From Nitrospina sp. LS_NOB (GTDB lineage Bacteria > Nitrospinota > Nitrospinia > Nitrospinales > VA-1): 64,000 nt of DNA. How positions within the stretch are numbered: position 1 is the first letter of the stretch; each line of letters opens with the position of its first letter. The position numbers were made by a program, and so were the translations under genes. Location: NCBI GenBank assembly GCA_001542995.1, contig LFLA01000025.1:27606-91605 (forward strand), read 5' to 3'. Shown in pieces: positions 1 through 8,361 of this stretch. The notes below the pieces were generated by a model. The model saw only the letters and a list, made by a program, of their open reading frames with translations, had not been told where the DNA came from and did no database searches.

Positions 1-261
1 ATCGCGCAGCCACTGTCGTATCACCTGGCTGACCACTTCCAGATTCTTTTTCAGTAATTTCGTAGCGTTATCACGCAGTTGTTCACCTGTTGGCGAGATC
101 GGTTCAGGCTTTAAAGTTCTATTGCCTTTTTTCCGTTGCGCAATTTTTTTCGTCCGCGATTTAAGTTTTTTGGAAGGGCGAGATTTTCCGGATCGAAAAA
201 TCAGCCAGAGGGTTACTATGAGAGCCAAAGCGAAGCCGGTCATGAATAAAATAAACTGCAT
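1..261 (-). CDS. partial ORF (first 87 codons, runs off the window edge): small protein with one N-terminal TM helix and a Lys/Arg-rich linker
   Basis: ATG at 261..259 lies 2 nt after the TGA of the upstream J-protein gene. My translation MQFILFMTGFALALIVTLWLIFRSGKSRPSKK... stays open to position 1. It is absent from the ORF track because it has no stop inside the window. Confidence 0.3.
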   Translation of the reverse strand, partial: MQFILFMTGFALALIVTLWLIFRSGKSRPSKKLKSRTKKIAQRKKGNRTLKPEPISPTGEQLRDNATKLLKKNLEVVSQVIRQWLRD

Positions 262-263
262 GC

Positions 264-1175
264 TCAATTTTCCTCAATATTAAATTTGATAATGAGGTCG
301 CCCCGCTTTTTCCCCCAGTTTATGGCTGCGCCTTCTCCGGGTACGCGTAGTTCTTCTCCGATAAGGGTTTCTTCTTCCACTTGAATGGTTGTGGTGGCAT
401 TCAGTGTTTCAACCTCAAGTGATCCGCCTTCTTCCGCCAACTTGGAAGGGATGGTCACTTCATGGATGATATCGTTTTTGATCCGTTTGAATTTTGGGTG
501 GGGCTGAATGCAGACTTTTAAAAACAGGTCTCCGGGAGGGCCTCCATTTCTGCCTGCCCCGCCTTCCTTGATGATGGCAAGAGTGTATTGGTCGGCCACG
601 CCTGGAGGAATTTTTACGTCTAAGGTAACAGAGCGGACGACCAGTTGTTTCCCCTGGCATTCCGCGCATTCATCACTTCCCTGGGTTCCGGTTCCTTCAC
701 ATTCTTCGCATTGCATGTATTTCTCATAAGAGTAATGAATAGTTCCCCCCAATGCTGCGACAGGGAGAGGGACATCGACCATGAACTGCAGGTCAAACCC
801 GCTGGTTGGCATATCAGGATCAATCGGTTCCGGTTCCTGGGCGAAAGGTTCTTCAAACCCCTGCTTGCTGCCACCTGGTTCCCCTCCGAATCCGCCGGGA
901 GGAGCGTTCCAATTGGGTTGGCCCTTGGGCCGACGCGGAGTTTTTTTCTGATAGGCCCGCTGGCGGTCGTATTCTTTCCTTTTTTTAGCATTACTGAGTG
1001 TTTCATAGGCCTCGGAGATGAGCTTGAACTTGTCTTCGGCTTTTTTGCTACCCGCATTGGTGTCGGGGTGGTATTTTTTTGCCAACTCCCGATATCGTTT
1101 TTTGATATCTGCTTTGGAAGTTTTCTGGGTGATGCCGAGAATCTTGTAATAATTTAGGGTTGTAGGTTGGGCCAT
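264..1175 (-). CDS. DnaJ/CbpA-like co-chaperone (J domain, Gly/Pro-rich linker, one zinc-finger unit, C-terminal substrate-binding domain)
   Basis: N-terminal YYKILGI...KKRYRELAKKYHPD (HPD motif), CEECEGTG...CAECQGKQ zinc motif, and a DnaJ_C-like tail (GDLFLKV, IPGEG-like). Confidence 0.85.
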   Translation of the reverse strand: MAQPTTLNYYKILGITQKTSKADIKKRYRELAKKYHPDTNAGSKKAEDKFKLISEAYETLSNAKKRKEYDRQRAYQKKTPRRPKGQPNWNAPPGGFGGEPGGSKQGFEEPFAQEPEPIDPDMPTSGFDLQFMVDVPLPVAALGGTIHYSYEKYMQCEECEGTGTQGSDECAECQGKQLVVRSVTLDVKIPPGVADQYTLAIIKEGGAGRNGGPPGDLFLKVCIQPHPKFKRIKNDIIHEVTIPSKLAEEGGSLEVETLNATTTIQVEEETLIGEELRVPGEGAAINWGKKRGDLIIKFNIEEN

Positions 1176-1254
1176 GAAAGGGAATCTCTGCTTTTGGAGG
1201 TTTCTTTATTCTATCTTCTATTATGGAATCATTCAATAGAGGGAATGAACGATT

Positions 1255-1944
1255 TCAGGAGGGTTGGGATTGCCTCACCAATTGTTTGAAAATTTTATCG
1301 CGGTCGTGGCGGCTTTTGAAGGGATAAAATTTTTCCTTCAGGGTGATTAAAAACACTTCTGCGTTTTTAAGACCATTCTGCTTGGAGAAAATTTTTATTT
1401 TTTCGGAGCTTTTCCTTTCTACACGGGTGATATGGGTGAAGTTTTCCTCGCGAAACATCCCTTTAAAGACCACTCGGTTATTTTCCAGTGCCAAGGTCCC
1501 TGCATTGGTATAAACCGGGGCCAACCCGAAACCGTCCCTTTCTCGGAAACCCTGACAAACAGCAAAATAGGATGTGGTGAAAGTGTCTTGGGATTTGAGT
1601 TTGAATATAAGCAGCCGATAGAGGTTATGGGTGAAATCAAACCACCTCAGTGAAATCGCTGAGCAGAATAAAAAGTTGAAGATAAAAAGGTAAAAATTAG
1701 CAAAAATAAAATAATAGACTGCGAACGCCAGGGCGGCCCCCAGAAAAATACTGCAGATAAAATTTATCAGGAATAATAGTGTGCCCAGAATCATGCTTTT
1801 CTTGCCTTCGGTGGGCTGGGTTCTAAAGGACTCATACTTTTTGTAAAGGTTCCAAGTGGTGAACAATCCTAAACTGGCGGCAAAAGCGGGCAGGGGGAAC
1901 ACGAAGAAAAGCAGTATAAATAGGACTGAGGCCAATTCGATCAT
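1255..1944 (-). CDS. hypothetical membrane protein (about 4 TM helices plus a C-terminal soluble domain)
   Basis: 229-aa ORF with a hydrophobic, Phe-rich N-terminal half and a basic C-terminal half. It sits between two J-protein genes. I recognise no family. Confidence 0.6.
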   Translation of the reverse strand: MIELASVLFILLFFVFPLPAFAASLGLFTTWNLYKKYESFRTQPTEGKKSMILGTLLFLINFICSIFLGAALAFAVYYFIFANFYLFIFNFLFCSAISLRWFDFTHNLYRLLIFKLKSQDTFTTSYFAVCQGFRERDGFGLAPVYTNAGTLALENNRVVFKGMFREENFTHITRVERKSSEKIKIFSKQNGLKNAEVFLITLKEKFYPFKSRHDRDKIFKQLVRQSQPS

Positions 1945-2040
1945 AAATCGATTTTATAATATTTATAGGCATTTTTAATAACTGAATGTCATGATTTTGG
2001 CAGTTTTAGTGACCCTCTTGTCTTTTGAGACTGTATAATA

Positions 2041-2580
2041 ATGAGCATGAAATACCCTTCGGTTTTAAAAGCCTATAATCTTTATCGGCTCATGGGCCTG
2101 GAGAATTATGCCAGTGGAGAGCAGATTAAAAAACGTTATTGGCAATTGGCCCGGAAATATCACCCGGATTTGACAGATTCGACCGATAAAGAAAAGCAGC
2201 ATTTCGTTCTTTCCACCGCTGCCTATAACTTTCTACGCGATGAGCAAATGCGCCATTCTTATGAACAGCACCTGCAACGCAAAGAAGCAATCCAAATTCG
2301 TTTTAAGAGTGCTGAGCTTGTTTGCCAGCGGCAGAAAACCCATAAGCATTTTTACTCTGCCCGAATGACCGTCGATCATGATTTCAACCGGTTTGTGGAT
2401 GAATGCCGTGAAAACTTTGCCAAATTTATGAAATATGGCAGAAAGTTAAGACCCAGGCCCAAAGTAGTTTCTAAAAGCAATATGGAAGAGACTGCATTTG
2501 AAGTTTATGTTGCGGAGGGCCTGAATGGGTTTCAGGATTTCATCAAATCTGTCCCGAAGATCAAGACCCGCAGATTTTAA
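2041..2580 (+). CDS. J-domain protein (DnaJ N-terminal domain only)
   Basis: YNLYRLMGLENYASGEQIKKRYWQLARKYHPDL with the HPD tripeptide. The rest matches no family I recognise. Confidence 0.8.
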   Translation: MSMKYPSVLKAYNLYRLMGLENYASGEQIKKRYWQLARKYHPDLTDSTDKEKQHFVLSTAAYNFLRDEQMRHSYEQHLQRKEAIQIRFKSAELVCQRQKTHKHFYSARMTVDHDFNRFVDECRENFAKFMKYGRKLRPRPKVVSKSNMEETAFEVYVAEGLNGFQDFIKSVPKIKTRRF

Positions 2581-2618
2581 TCGGGTTTTCCTGTCTGATA
2601 CCATTTTGGCGTTTCCGG

Positions 2619-3519
2619 ATGCCATTTCCGGGAATCTCTTCTTTTATTGTAGTAATTCCTATTATGTTTTTAAGATCCCTTAAAGACGCTTTTTTAATTG
2701 TTGTCCTCACCGCTCCGGTGGTGATGGCTCAGGAGAAGCTGAAGATCTTTCCCCTTAAAAATAGAATTGTGGAGGAGGTGATTCCCATCATTCGTCCGTT
2801 GTTAGGGCGAAATGAGTTCGTCACGGGAATGCGCCAGCAACTCATTGTGCGAGCTTCTCCCCGGAAATTGCGGGAGATTAAAAATCTTCTCGGAAAAATA
2901 GATGGCCAACTCAAAAATTTACGAATTACGGTGAAGCAAGGCCTACGGTCTCAATTGAATGAACTGGAAGCGGGTATAGATGCCCAAATTCCAATCGGTG
3001 ATTCCGGCCGGGTGGTTATCAATCCTGGGAAAAAAGAAGGTGGAATAATCGTGGAAGGCAAATCTGGAGGAGGGACAGTCCGGGGAAGAATTTCTGAAAG
3101 AGAATCCTTTTCGGATGAGATGAATACGCAGCTCGTCACCACTCTGGAGGGAAGCCCGGCAACCATTTTTATCGGTCAGTAGGTACCCCTTCACAGCAAC
3201 GGAAAACTTGAGGTCCGGGAACAATATCACTCAATTTGAATCCACTCGGTTTAAGGATGTGAGGACGGGGTTCAGGGTCTTGCCTCGTATTCGGGGAGAT
3301 CAGGTGATTCTAGAAATTTCCCCGCAGCAATATCGAATCATTAATGGGCGTATAGAAACAATGGGGCTCAATACCGTAATAAGAGGACGAATTGGAGAGT
3401 GGATTGAATTGGGCGGATTAAACCAAAACCGGGATGAGCAGGGCTCGGAAATTGCGAGTAGGAACACGTCCCGGCGGGTAGAAAAGCGAAGCATCTTTAT
3501 AAAGGTGGAGGTGCAGTGA
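2619..3519 (+). pseudogene. small secretin-like (GspD/PilQ family) gene split by a +1 frame change at about 3180
   Basis: ORF 2619..3182 has a signal/TM segment, a secretin N-domain-like segment (LKIFPLKNR...LIVRASPRKLREIKNLLGKID) and the start of a secretin core (TTLEGSPATIFIGQ). The core continues in the +1 frame as RYPFTATENLRSGNNITQFESTRFKDVRTGFRVLPRIRGDQVILEISPQ..., which is ORF 3208..3519 extended upstream. Confidence 0.6.
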
Positions 3520-3560
3520 TCTCTTGTTGGGTGGACGGATGGATCTTCACCCGTTGAACG

Positions 3561-3692
3561 TTACATCAAAAAATAGAAAATGACTGCGGGAATAGAAGCC
3601 CCTGCTAAAGAGGCGACAATACTTTTGAATACAAAAGATTCTGAAGAATTAGAGCTGTCAGTGATGGGGTAAGCAATTTTAACCTTTTCCAT
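3561..3692 (-). CDS. possible 43-aa tail-anchored small membrane protein
   Basis: ATG preceded by AGGAAGG at good spacing. Translation is MEKVKIAYPITDSSNSSESFVFKSIVASLAGASIPAVIFYFLM. It is too short for the ORF track and no homology is recognised. Confidence 0.25.
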   Translation of the reverse strand: MEKVKIAYPITDSSNSSESFVFKSIVASLAGASIPAVIFYFLM

Positions 3693-3977
3693 GGTCGTTT
3701 ACCTTCCTGAAAGAGAAGCAGAAACATCTTTAGCTACATACCTTTACGGCAAGTTCCATGCCAAACTTTAATTTGGGAGGGATATCTCTGTAAGTCTTTT
3801 AAAGTAACGGGGTTAGTTCGAGCTGGAGCTTTCTCACCCGGTGTCTTGGCATTATGAATATGGGTATATTCCCAGCTTGCGTCAATATATTGTCTGTTTG
3901 TTTCAATTGTATAAGGCGGCATGATTATCTATGTGGAGTGATGAACCGGAACCCTACCTTTCAAAAAGGAATAGCCC

Positions 3978-4796
3978 ATGAAACAAAGGATTGGTGAAAT
4001 TCTTGAGCCGGAATCTAAAAGCGATTTTCTCAGCCGTGGTTTTAATATTTTTATTATTTGCCTGATTATTCTCAATGTCTTTGCTGTTGCTTTGGAAACC
4101 GTGCGGGAAATTTCCGAAATATATTCAGGACCGTTCAAGGTCTTTGAATGGTTTTCCATGGTGGTGTTTACCATTGAATATGTTCTGCGCGTCTGGACTT
4201 GTACGTTGAAGCCGGAATTCGCCGCTCCGGTCAGCGGGCGGATTCGTTACATGCTCACACCTTCCGCGATCATCGATTTGATGGTGGTGGTCCCCTTTTA
4301 TTTGCCATTCTTTTTTGATCTGGATTTGCGCTTTCTTCGAGTGCTCCGTTTGTTCCGACTTTTTACCTTATTTAAAATGGCGAGGTATTCAAAATCCCTG
4401 CATCTATTTAAAGAGGTGTTAAATGATACACGGCAAGAGTTGCTCATCGTCTTAGCCGTAACGATGGGAATGCTGGTTTTCGCTTCCGGAGTTATTTATT
4501 TTATAGAGAATAAAGCTCAGCCTGAGGCTTTTTCGAGTATTCCTGCAGCGATGTGGTGGGCGGTATCTACCATGACGACGGTGGGCTATGGAGATGTTTA
4601 TCCTATCACCACTGTAGGAAATTTTTTTGGAGGCTTCATCTCTATACTGGGTTTGGGAACATTTGGCCTGCCTGTCGGAATCATCGCATACGGATTTATC
4701 GAAGAGCTACAAAAACAAAAAACCCGACCTTTTGAGTGTCCTCATTGTGGGAAAGGACTCGAAGCCCCTATTGATAGAAGAAGTCTTCCGCGTTAG
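3978..4796 (+). CDS. voltage-gated-type potassium channel (6TM, Kv-like)
   Basis: Selectivity filter TMTTVGYGD. S4-like Arg repeat RFLRVLRLFRLFTLFKMAR. Ion_trans architecture. Confidence 0.9.
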   Translation: MKQRIGEILEPESKSDFLSRGFNIFIICLIILNVFAVALETVREISEIYSGPFKVFEWFSMVVFTIEYVLRVWTCTLKPEFAAPVSGRIRYMLTPSAIIDLMVVVPFYLPFFFDLDLRFLRVLRLFRLFTLFKMARYSKSLHLFKEVLNDTRQELLIVLAVTMGMLVFASGVIYFIENKAQPEAFSSIPAAMWWAVSTMTTVGYGDVYPITTVGNFFGGFISILGLGTFGLPVGIIAYGFIEELQKQKTRPFECPHCGKGLEAPIDRRSLPR

Positions 4797-4802
4797 ATTA
4801 TT

Positions 4803-5447
4803 GTGAAACGATTCTTTAATTTTCATTTAACTCCGGGTTTCCTGGTTTTATGGCTGGTTCTGAATCCGGGAATTAATACTTCTGGCATGGTATATGTTGC
4901 TCCTGATGAATCCAGCGCAACCGGCGCAGGTGAAAAAAAATATGGATTTCATATAGATCAATATGAAGTGACGCAGGCAGAATATTTCAAGGTCATGCTT
5001 ACCAATCCTTCTTATTTTCAAGGGACGGATCGGCCTGTTGAAAAGGTGACCTGGAACCAAGCCGTTGCCTTTTGTGACAAGGTCGGGAAGCGCTTGCCTA
5101 CGGAACAGGAGTGGGAAAGGGCTCTTCGGGCAGGCACGACTTCTCCTTATTATTGGGGAGGGAATCGGCCGGACCGCTACGCATGGCATAAGGGCAATGC
5201 CGACAAGCAGACCCATGCTGTGGGAAAAAAGGAACCGAATTCATGGGGACTCTATGATATGGCCGGAAATGTCTGGGAGTGGACCCAAAGTGATCACGAA
5301 CTCAGCGGGAAGGTGGTTCGGGGAGGCTCATGGCGGAATGGAGTGGGAAGTCTGAAATCTTCTCACAGGATATACAGCTTGCCCATTCATAAATTTCATT
5401 ATGTAGGATTCCGCTGCGCCACTAGCCGTGAGGGCAACGAGCAATGA
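4803..5447 (+). CDS. formylglycine-generating-enzyme (FGE/SUMF1) domain protein, secreted
   Basis: Signal-like N-terminus, then VTWNQAVAFCDKVGKRLPTEQEWERA...WGLYDMAGNVWEWT...RGGSW...VGFRCA, typical of the FGE-sulfatase fold. Confidence 0.85.
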   Translation: MKRFFNFHLTPGFLVLWLVLNPGINTSGMVYVAPDESSATGAGEKKYGFHIDQYEVTQAEYFKVMLTNPSYFQGTDRPVEKVTWNQAVAFCDKVGKRLPTEQEWERALRAGTTSPYYWGGNRPDRYAWHKGNADKQTHAVGKKEPNSWGLYDMAGNVWEWTQSDHELSGKVVRGGSWRNGVGSLKSSHRIYSLPIHKFHYVGFRCATSREGNEQ

Positions 5448-5681
5448 CTCTTTGGGCCGAGTAATCGGTTGAAAGCGATTTATAGCTATTGCAGTTTACC
5501 GGCGGAGGCTTTTTGTTTAACTCTCTTTTTCGTGATGCTGGCTTAAAAGGGATTTCTGTTCTTCCGGGGATAGGCGTTTGAAATTTTCATAGGCATTGCG
5601 CAGTACTTGCTTTTCCATCTCGGGCAGACTTTGGAATCGTTCGAACTGGTTACGGATTTGAAATTTTTCGTCCAGGGTCTT

Positions 5682-5990
5682 TTATTTCCATGTGTGAAGT
5701 TTTTGCTTAAAGATTTTTTGTTGTTCCTGGCTCATTGTGTTCCACGTCTTCGCTCCTTTGTTCAACCGGCTTTGTTTTGCTGGTGAAAGTCCATCCCATT
5801 CATTCTGAAGGGGGGCCAGGATCTGTTTTTCTCCAGACCCCATGTCATCCCATTTGATGCTGTTTTCCTGGCCTCTACCTGGGACCACTGAAAATACCAG
5901 TACGGCCAGAAAAAGAACTATGTTAATGGCTCTCTTTTTCACTTGCAATATTCTCGTCTTTCCATTTTTGGAGCAACTCCAGGTTTTCAT
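5682..5990 (-). CDS. secreted repeat protein (resembles DUF3106); start uncertain; an in-frame TAA is followed by a family-like continuation
   Basis: Signal-like KKRAINIVLFLAVLVFSVV, then W...LSPAKQ / W..MSQEQQ repeats. Alternative starts are ATG 5990 or GTG 5942. See the finding on the in-frame stop at 5682..5684. Confidence 0.55.
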   Translation of the reverse strand: MKTWSCSKNGKTRILQVKKRAINIVLFLAVLVFSVVPGRGQENSIKWDDMGSGEKQILAPLQNEWDGLSPAKQSRLNKGAKTWNTMSQEQQKIFKQKLHTWK

Positions 5991-6291
5991 AAAATTCAAT
6001 CGGATCATTAGATAACAGAATTTCCAGGTCTTCCGGGTTGTTGTTAATTTGAGGTTCCGGATTGGGTTTGACATAGACCAGTATTACAAAAATTACTGCG
6101 GTAATAAATGCAATGATGGGCAGGGTAGCCCATTCGGGGAAACTGCTTTCTCCTTCCAGAGAAGACTCCAGAGCCCGATGCCGCATTTGCAGTAATTTTT
6201 CGCGTGTGTCGGCATCCAGATCACTTGTGCCTGCTTCCAACTTACGGCGGGCAAAATCCAGGAATTTTTGCTGGTCTTCTCTATCGTTCAT
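5923..6291 (-). CDS. hypothetical single-pass membrane protein (anti-sigma-like topology; resembles DUF3619)
   Basis: 122-aa ORF with an acidic N-terminal part, one TM helix (LPIIAFITAVIFVILVYV) and an acidic tail. It is co-directional with the repeat protein downstream and overlaps it. Confidence 0.55.
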   Translation of the reverse strand: MNDREDQQKFLDFARRKLEAGTSDLDADTREKLLQMRHRALESSLEGESSFPEWATLPIIAFITAVIFVILVYVKPNPEPQINNNPEDLEILLSNDPIEFYENLELLQKWKDENIASEKESH

Positions 6292-6376
6292 GATGTGACG
6301 TCATGCTATGATGTATTGATTGCAAGCTAGTCCTGCGTTTTTAAAGACAGGTTTAATTACCCATAGTACCGAATAT

Positions 6377-8314
6377 ATGACTCGAAGCGTATCTAAAATT
6401 CCCAGAAAAGATGAGAAGTCTGCAACTTTTTCCCTTTTGACGAATGATGACCTTCATCTTTTTAATGAAGGCAATCATTTTTGTCTTTATGAAAAGATGG
6501 GAGCCCATCGGGTTGAGATAAATGGGGTGTCTGGGACTTACTTTTCGGTTTGGGCTCCCAATGCGGAATGCGTCCATGTTGTGGGTGATTTCAACGGATG
6601 GAAAAAAGAACAACACTCCCTGCACCCTAAACAGGAGTCTGGAATCTGGGAAGGATTCTTTCCCGGAGTCAATAAGGGCGATATCTATAAATATTATATT
6701 CAATCTCGCCATAATGAATACCAAGTAGAGAAGGCCGACCCTTTTGCATTTTTTTGCGAAACACCTCCCAGGACTGGAAGCATTGTCTGGGATCTGGATT
6801 ACTCTTGGAAAGATCAAAACTGGATGGACCAGGGACGCAAGAGGCATGACTTTCATAATAGTCCTGTTTCCATTTATGAAATGCATCTTGGGTCGTGGAG
6901 GCGTAAGCCCAATGATTCCCCGCTCACCTATCTTGAGTTGGCCCCGCTCTTAACGGAGTATCTCAAGAAAATGGAGTTCACCCACGTTGAATTCCTTCCT
7001 GTTATGGAGCATCCCTTCTATGGGTCATGGGGGTACCAGTGTACAGGATATTTTGCTCCAACGAGCCGCTATGGAACCCCACAGGAATTTATGCATCTTG
7101 TGGGCCAACTCCATCAGAATAATATTGGTGTGATACTGGATTGGGTGCCCTCCCATTTTGCTACCGATGAATTTGCTTTGGGTTTGTTTGATGGGACCCA
7201 TATTTATGAGCATGCCGATAAGCGGCAGGGTTTTCATCCAGACTGGGGATCGCATATCTTTAACTATGGCCGCAATGAGATATCCAGCTTTCTTATCAGC
7301 AACGCGCTTTATTGGTTGGATGTGTTTCATATTGATGGATTGCGGGTCGATGCGGTGGCATCCATGCTCTATCTGGACTATTCAAGAAAACAAGGAGAAT
7401 GGATTCCCAATATTCATGGTGGCCGGGAAAATCTGGAGGCTATTGGGTTTTTGCAAAAATTTAATGAGCAGGTGTACGAAAAGCATCCTCATGCCCAGAC
7501 CATGGCAGAGGAGTCGACGGACTGGCCCATGGTCTCGAAACCTACCTATGTGGGTGGGTTGGGATTTGGAATGAAGTGGGACATGGGCTGGATGCATGAC
7601 ACGCTGGAGTATATGAAGAAAGATCCCATCCACAGGAAATTTCATCACGATCGCTTAACATTTCGGATGTTGTATGCCTACCATGAAAATTTTATTTTAC
7701 CCCTGTCTCATGATGAAGTAGTTCATGGAAAGGGTTCCCTGATTGCCCGTATGCCGGGAGATGACTGGCAAAAGTTTGCCAACTTGAGATTGCTATTCGG
7801 TCATATGTTTGCTCAGCCCGGGAAAAAACTTCTTTTCATGGGAGGGGAGTTTGGCCAGTGGGCAGAATGGAATCATGATAAGAGTCTTGACTGGAATTTA
7901 TTGGAATACCCAAATCATAAAGGACTGCAGCTTTGGCTTAAAAGCCTCAACCATCTTTATCTCAATGAGTCGGCTCTTTTTGAAAATGAGTTTTCTCCTG
8001 AAGGATTCGAATGGATAGACTGCAGTGACTCGCAACAATGCGCTCTCATTCTAATGCGGAAGGGGATCGATCCTGATGATAAAATTATCGTGGCCTTGAA
8101 CTTTACTCCGGTTCCGAGATTTGATTACCGTGTTGGGGTTCCTTGTGAAGGAGCCTGGGAGGAAGTTCTCAACAGTGATGCCGAAGAGTTTGGCGGAGGT
8201 GGGGTTGGCAATCCACAACCTGTTCAAAGTGCTTCCATGACCTGGCACGGGCAGCCTTATTCGGTTAATCTTGTTTTGCCTCCCCTTGCTGTGATCTTTT
8301 TGAAATGCCAATGA
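6377..8314 (+). CDS. glgB: 1,4-alpha-glucan branching enzyme (GH13)
   Basis: GH13 conserved regions GVILDWVPSHF, IDGLRVDAVASMLY, MAEESTDWP and PLSHDEVVHGK. I take the start at ATG 6377; the track ORF starts at an upstream TTG. Confidence 0.95.
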   Translation: MTRSVSKIPRKDEKSATFSLLTNDDLHLFNEGNHFCLYEKMGAHRVEINGVSGTYFSVWAPNAECVHVVGDFNGWKKEQHSLHPKQESGIWEGFFPGVNKGDIYKYYIQSRHNEYQVEKADPFAFFCETPPRTGSIVWDLDYSWKDQNWMDQGRKRHDFHNSPVSIYEMHLGSWRRKPNDSPLTYLELAPLLTEYLKKMEFTHVEFLPVMEHPFYGSWGYQCTGYFAPTSRYGTPQEFMHLVGQLHQNNIGVILDWVPSHFATDEFALGLFDGTHIYEHADKRQGFHPDWGSHIFNYGRNEISSFLISNALYWLDVFHIDGLRVDAVASMLYLDYSRKQGEWIPNIHGGRENLEAIGFLQKFNEQVYEKHPHAQTMAEESTDWPMVSKPTYVGGLGFGMKWDMGWMHDTLEYMKKDPIHRKFHHDRLTFRMLYAYHENFILPLSHDEVVHGKGSLIARMPGDDWQKFANLRLLFGHMFAQPGKKLLFMGGEFGQWAEWNHDKSLDWNLLEYPNHKGLQLWLKSLNHLYLNESALFENEFSPEGFEWIDCSDSQQCALILMRKGIDPDDKIIVALNFTPVPRFDYRVGVPCEGAWEEVLNSDAEEFGGGGVGNPQPVQSASMTWHGQPYSVNLVLPPLAVIFLKCQ

Positions 8315-8361
8315 TGAATGTTTGCTCTTCCGCGCAAAATAAAAAATAGATTTTTGAATCC

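Noticed and set aside
3171-3190. prfB-style programmed +1 frameshift at CAG-UAG-G in the secretin-like gene
   Set aside because: The P-site codon CAG cannot re-pair in the +1 frame (AGU), and there is no upstream SD-like stimulator at the right spacing. A mutation or sequencing error is more parsimonious.
3734-3922. 62-aa minus-strand ORF between the secretin-like gene and the K+ channel gene
   Set aside because: It has no SD, no recognisable motif and an unremarkable composition. I left it uncalled rather than guess.
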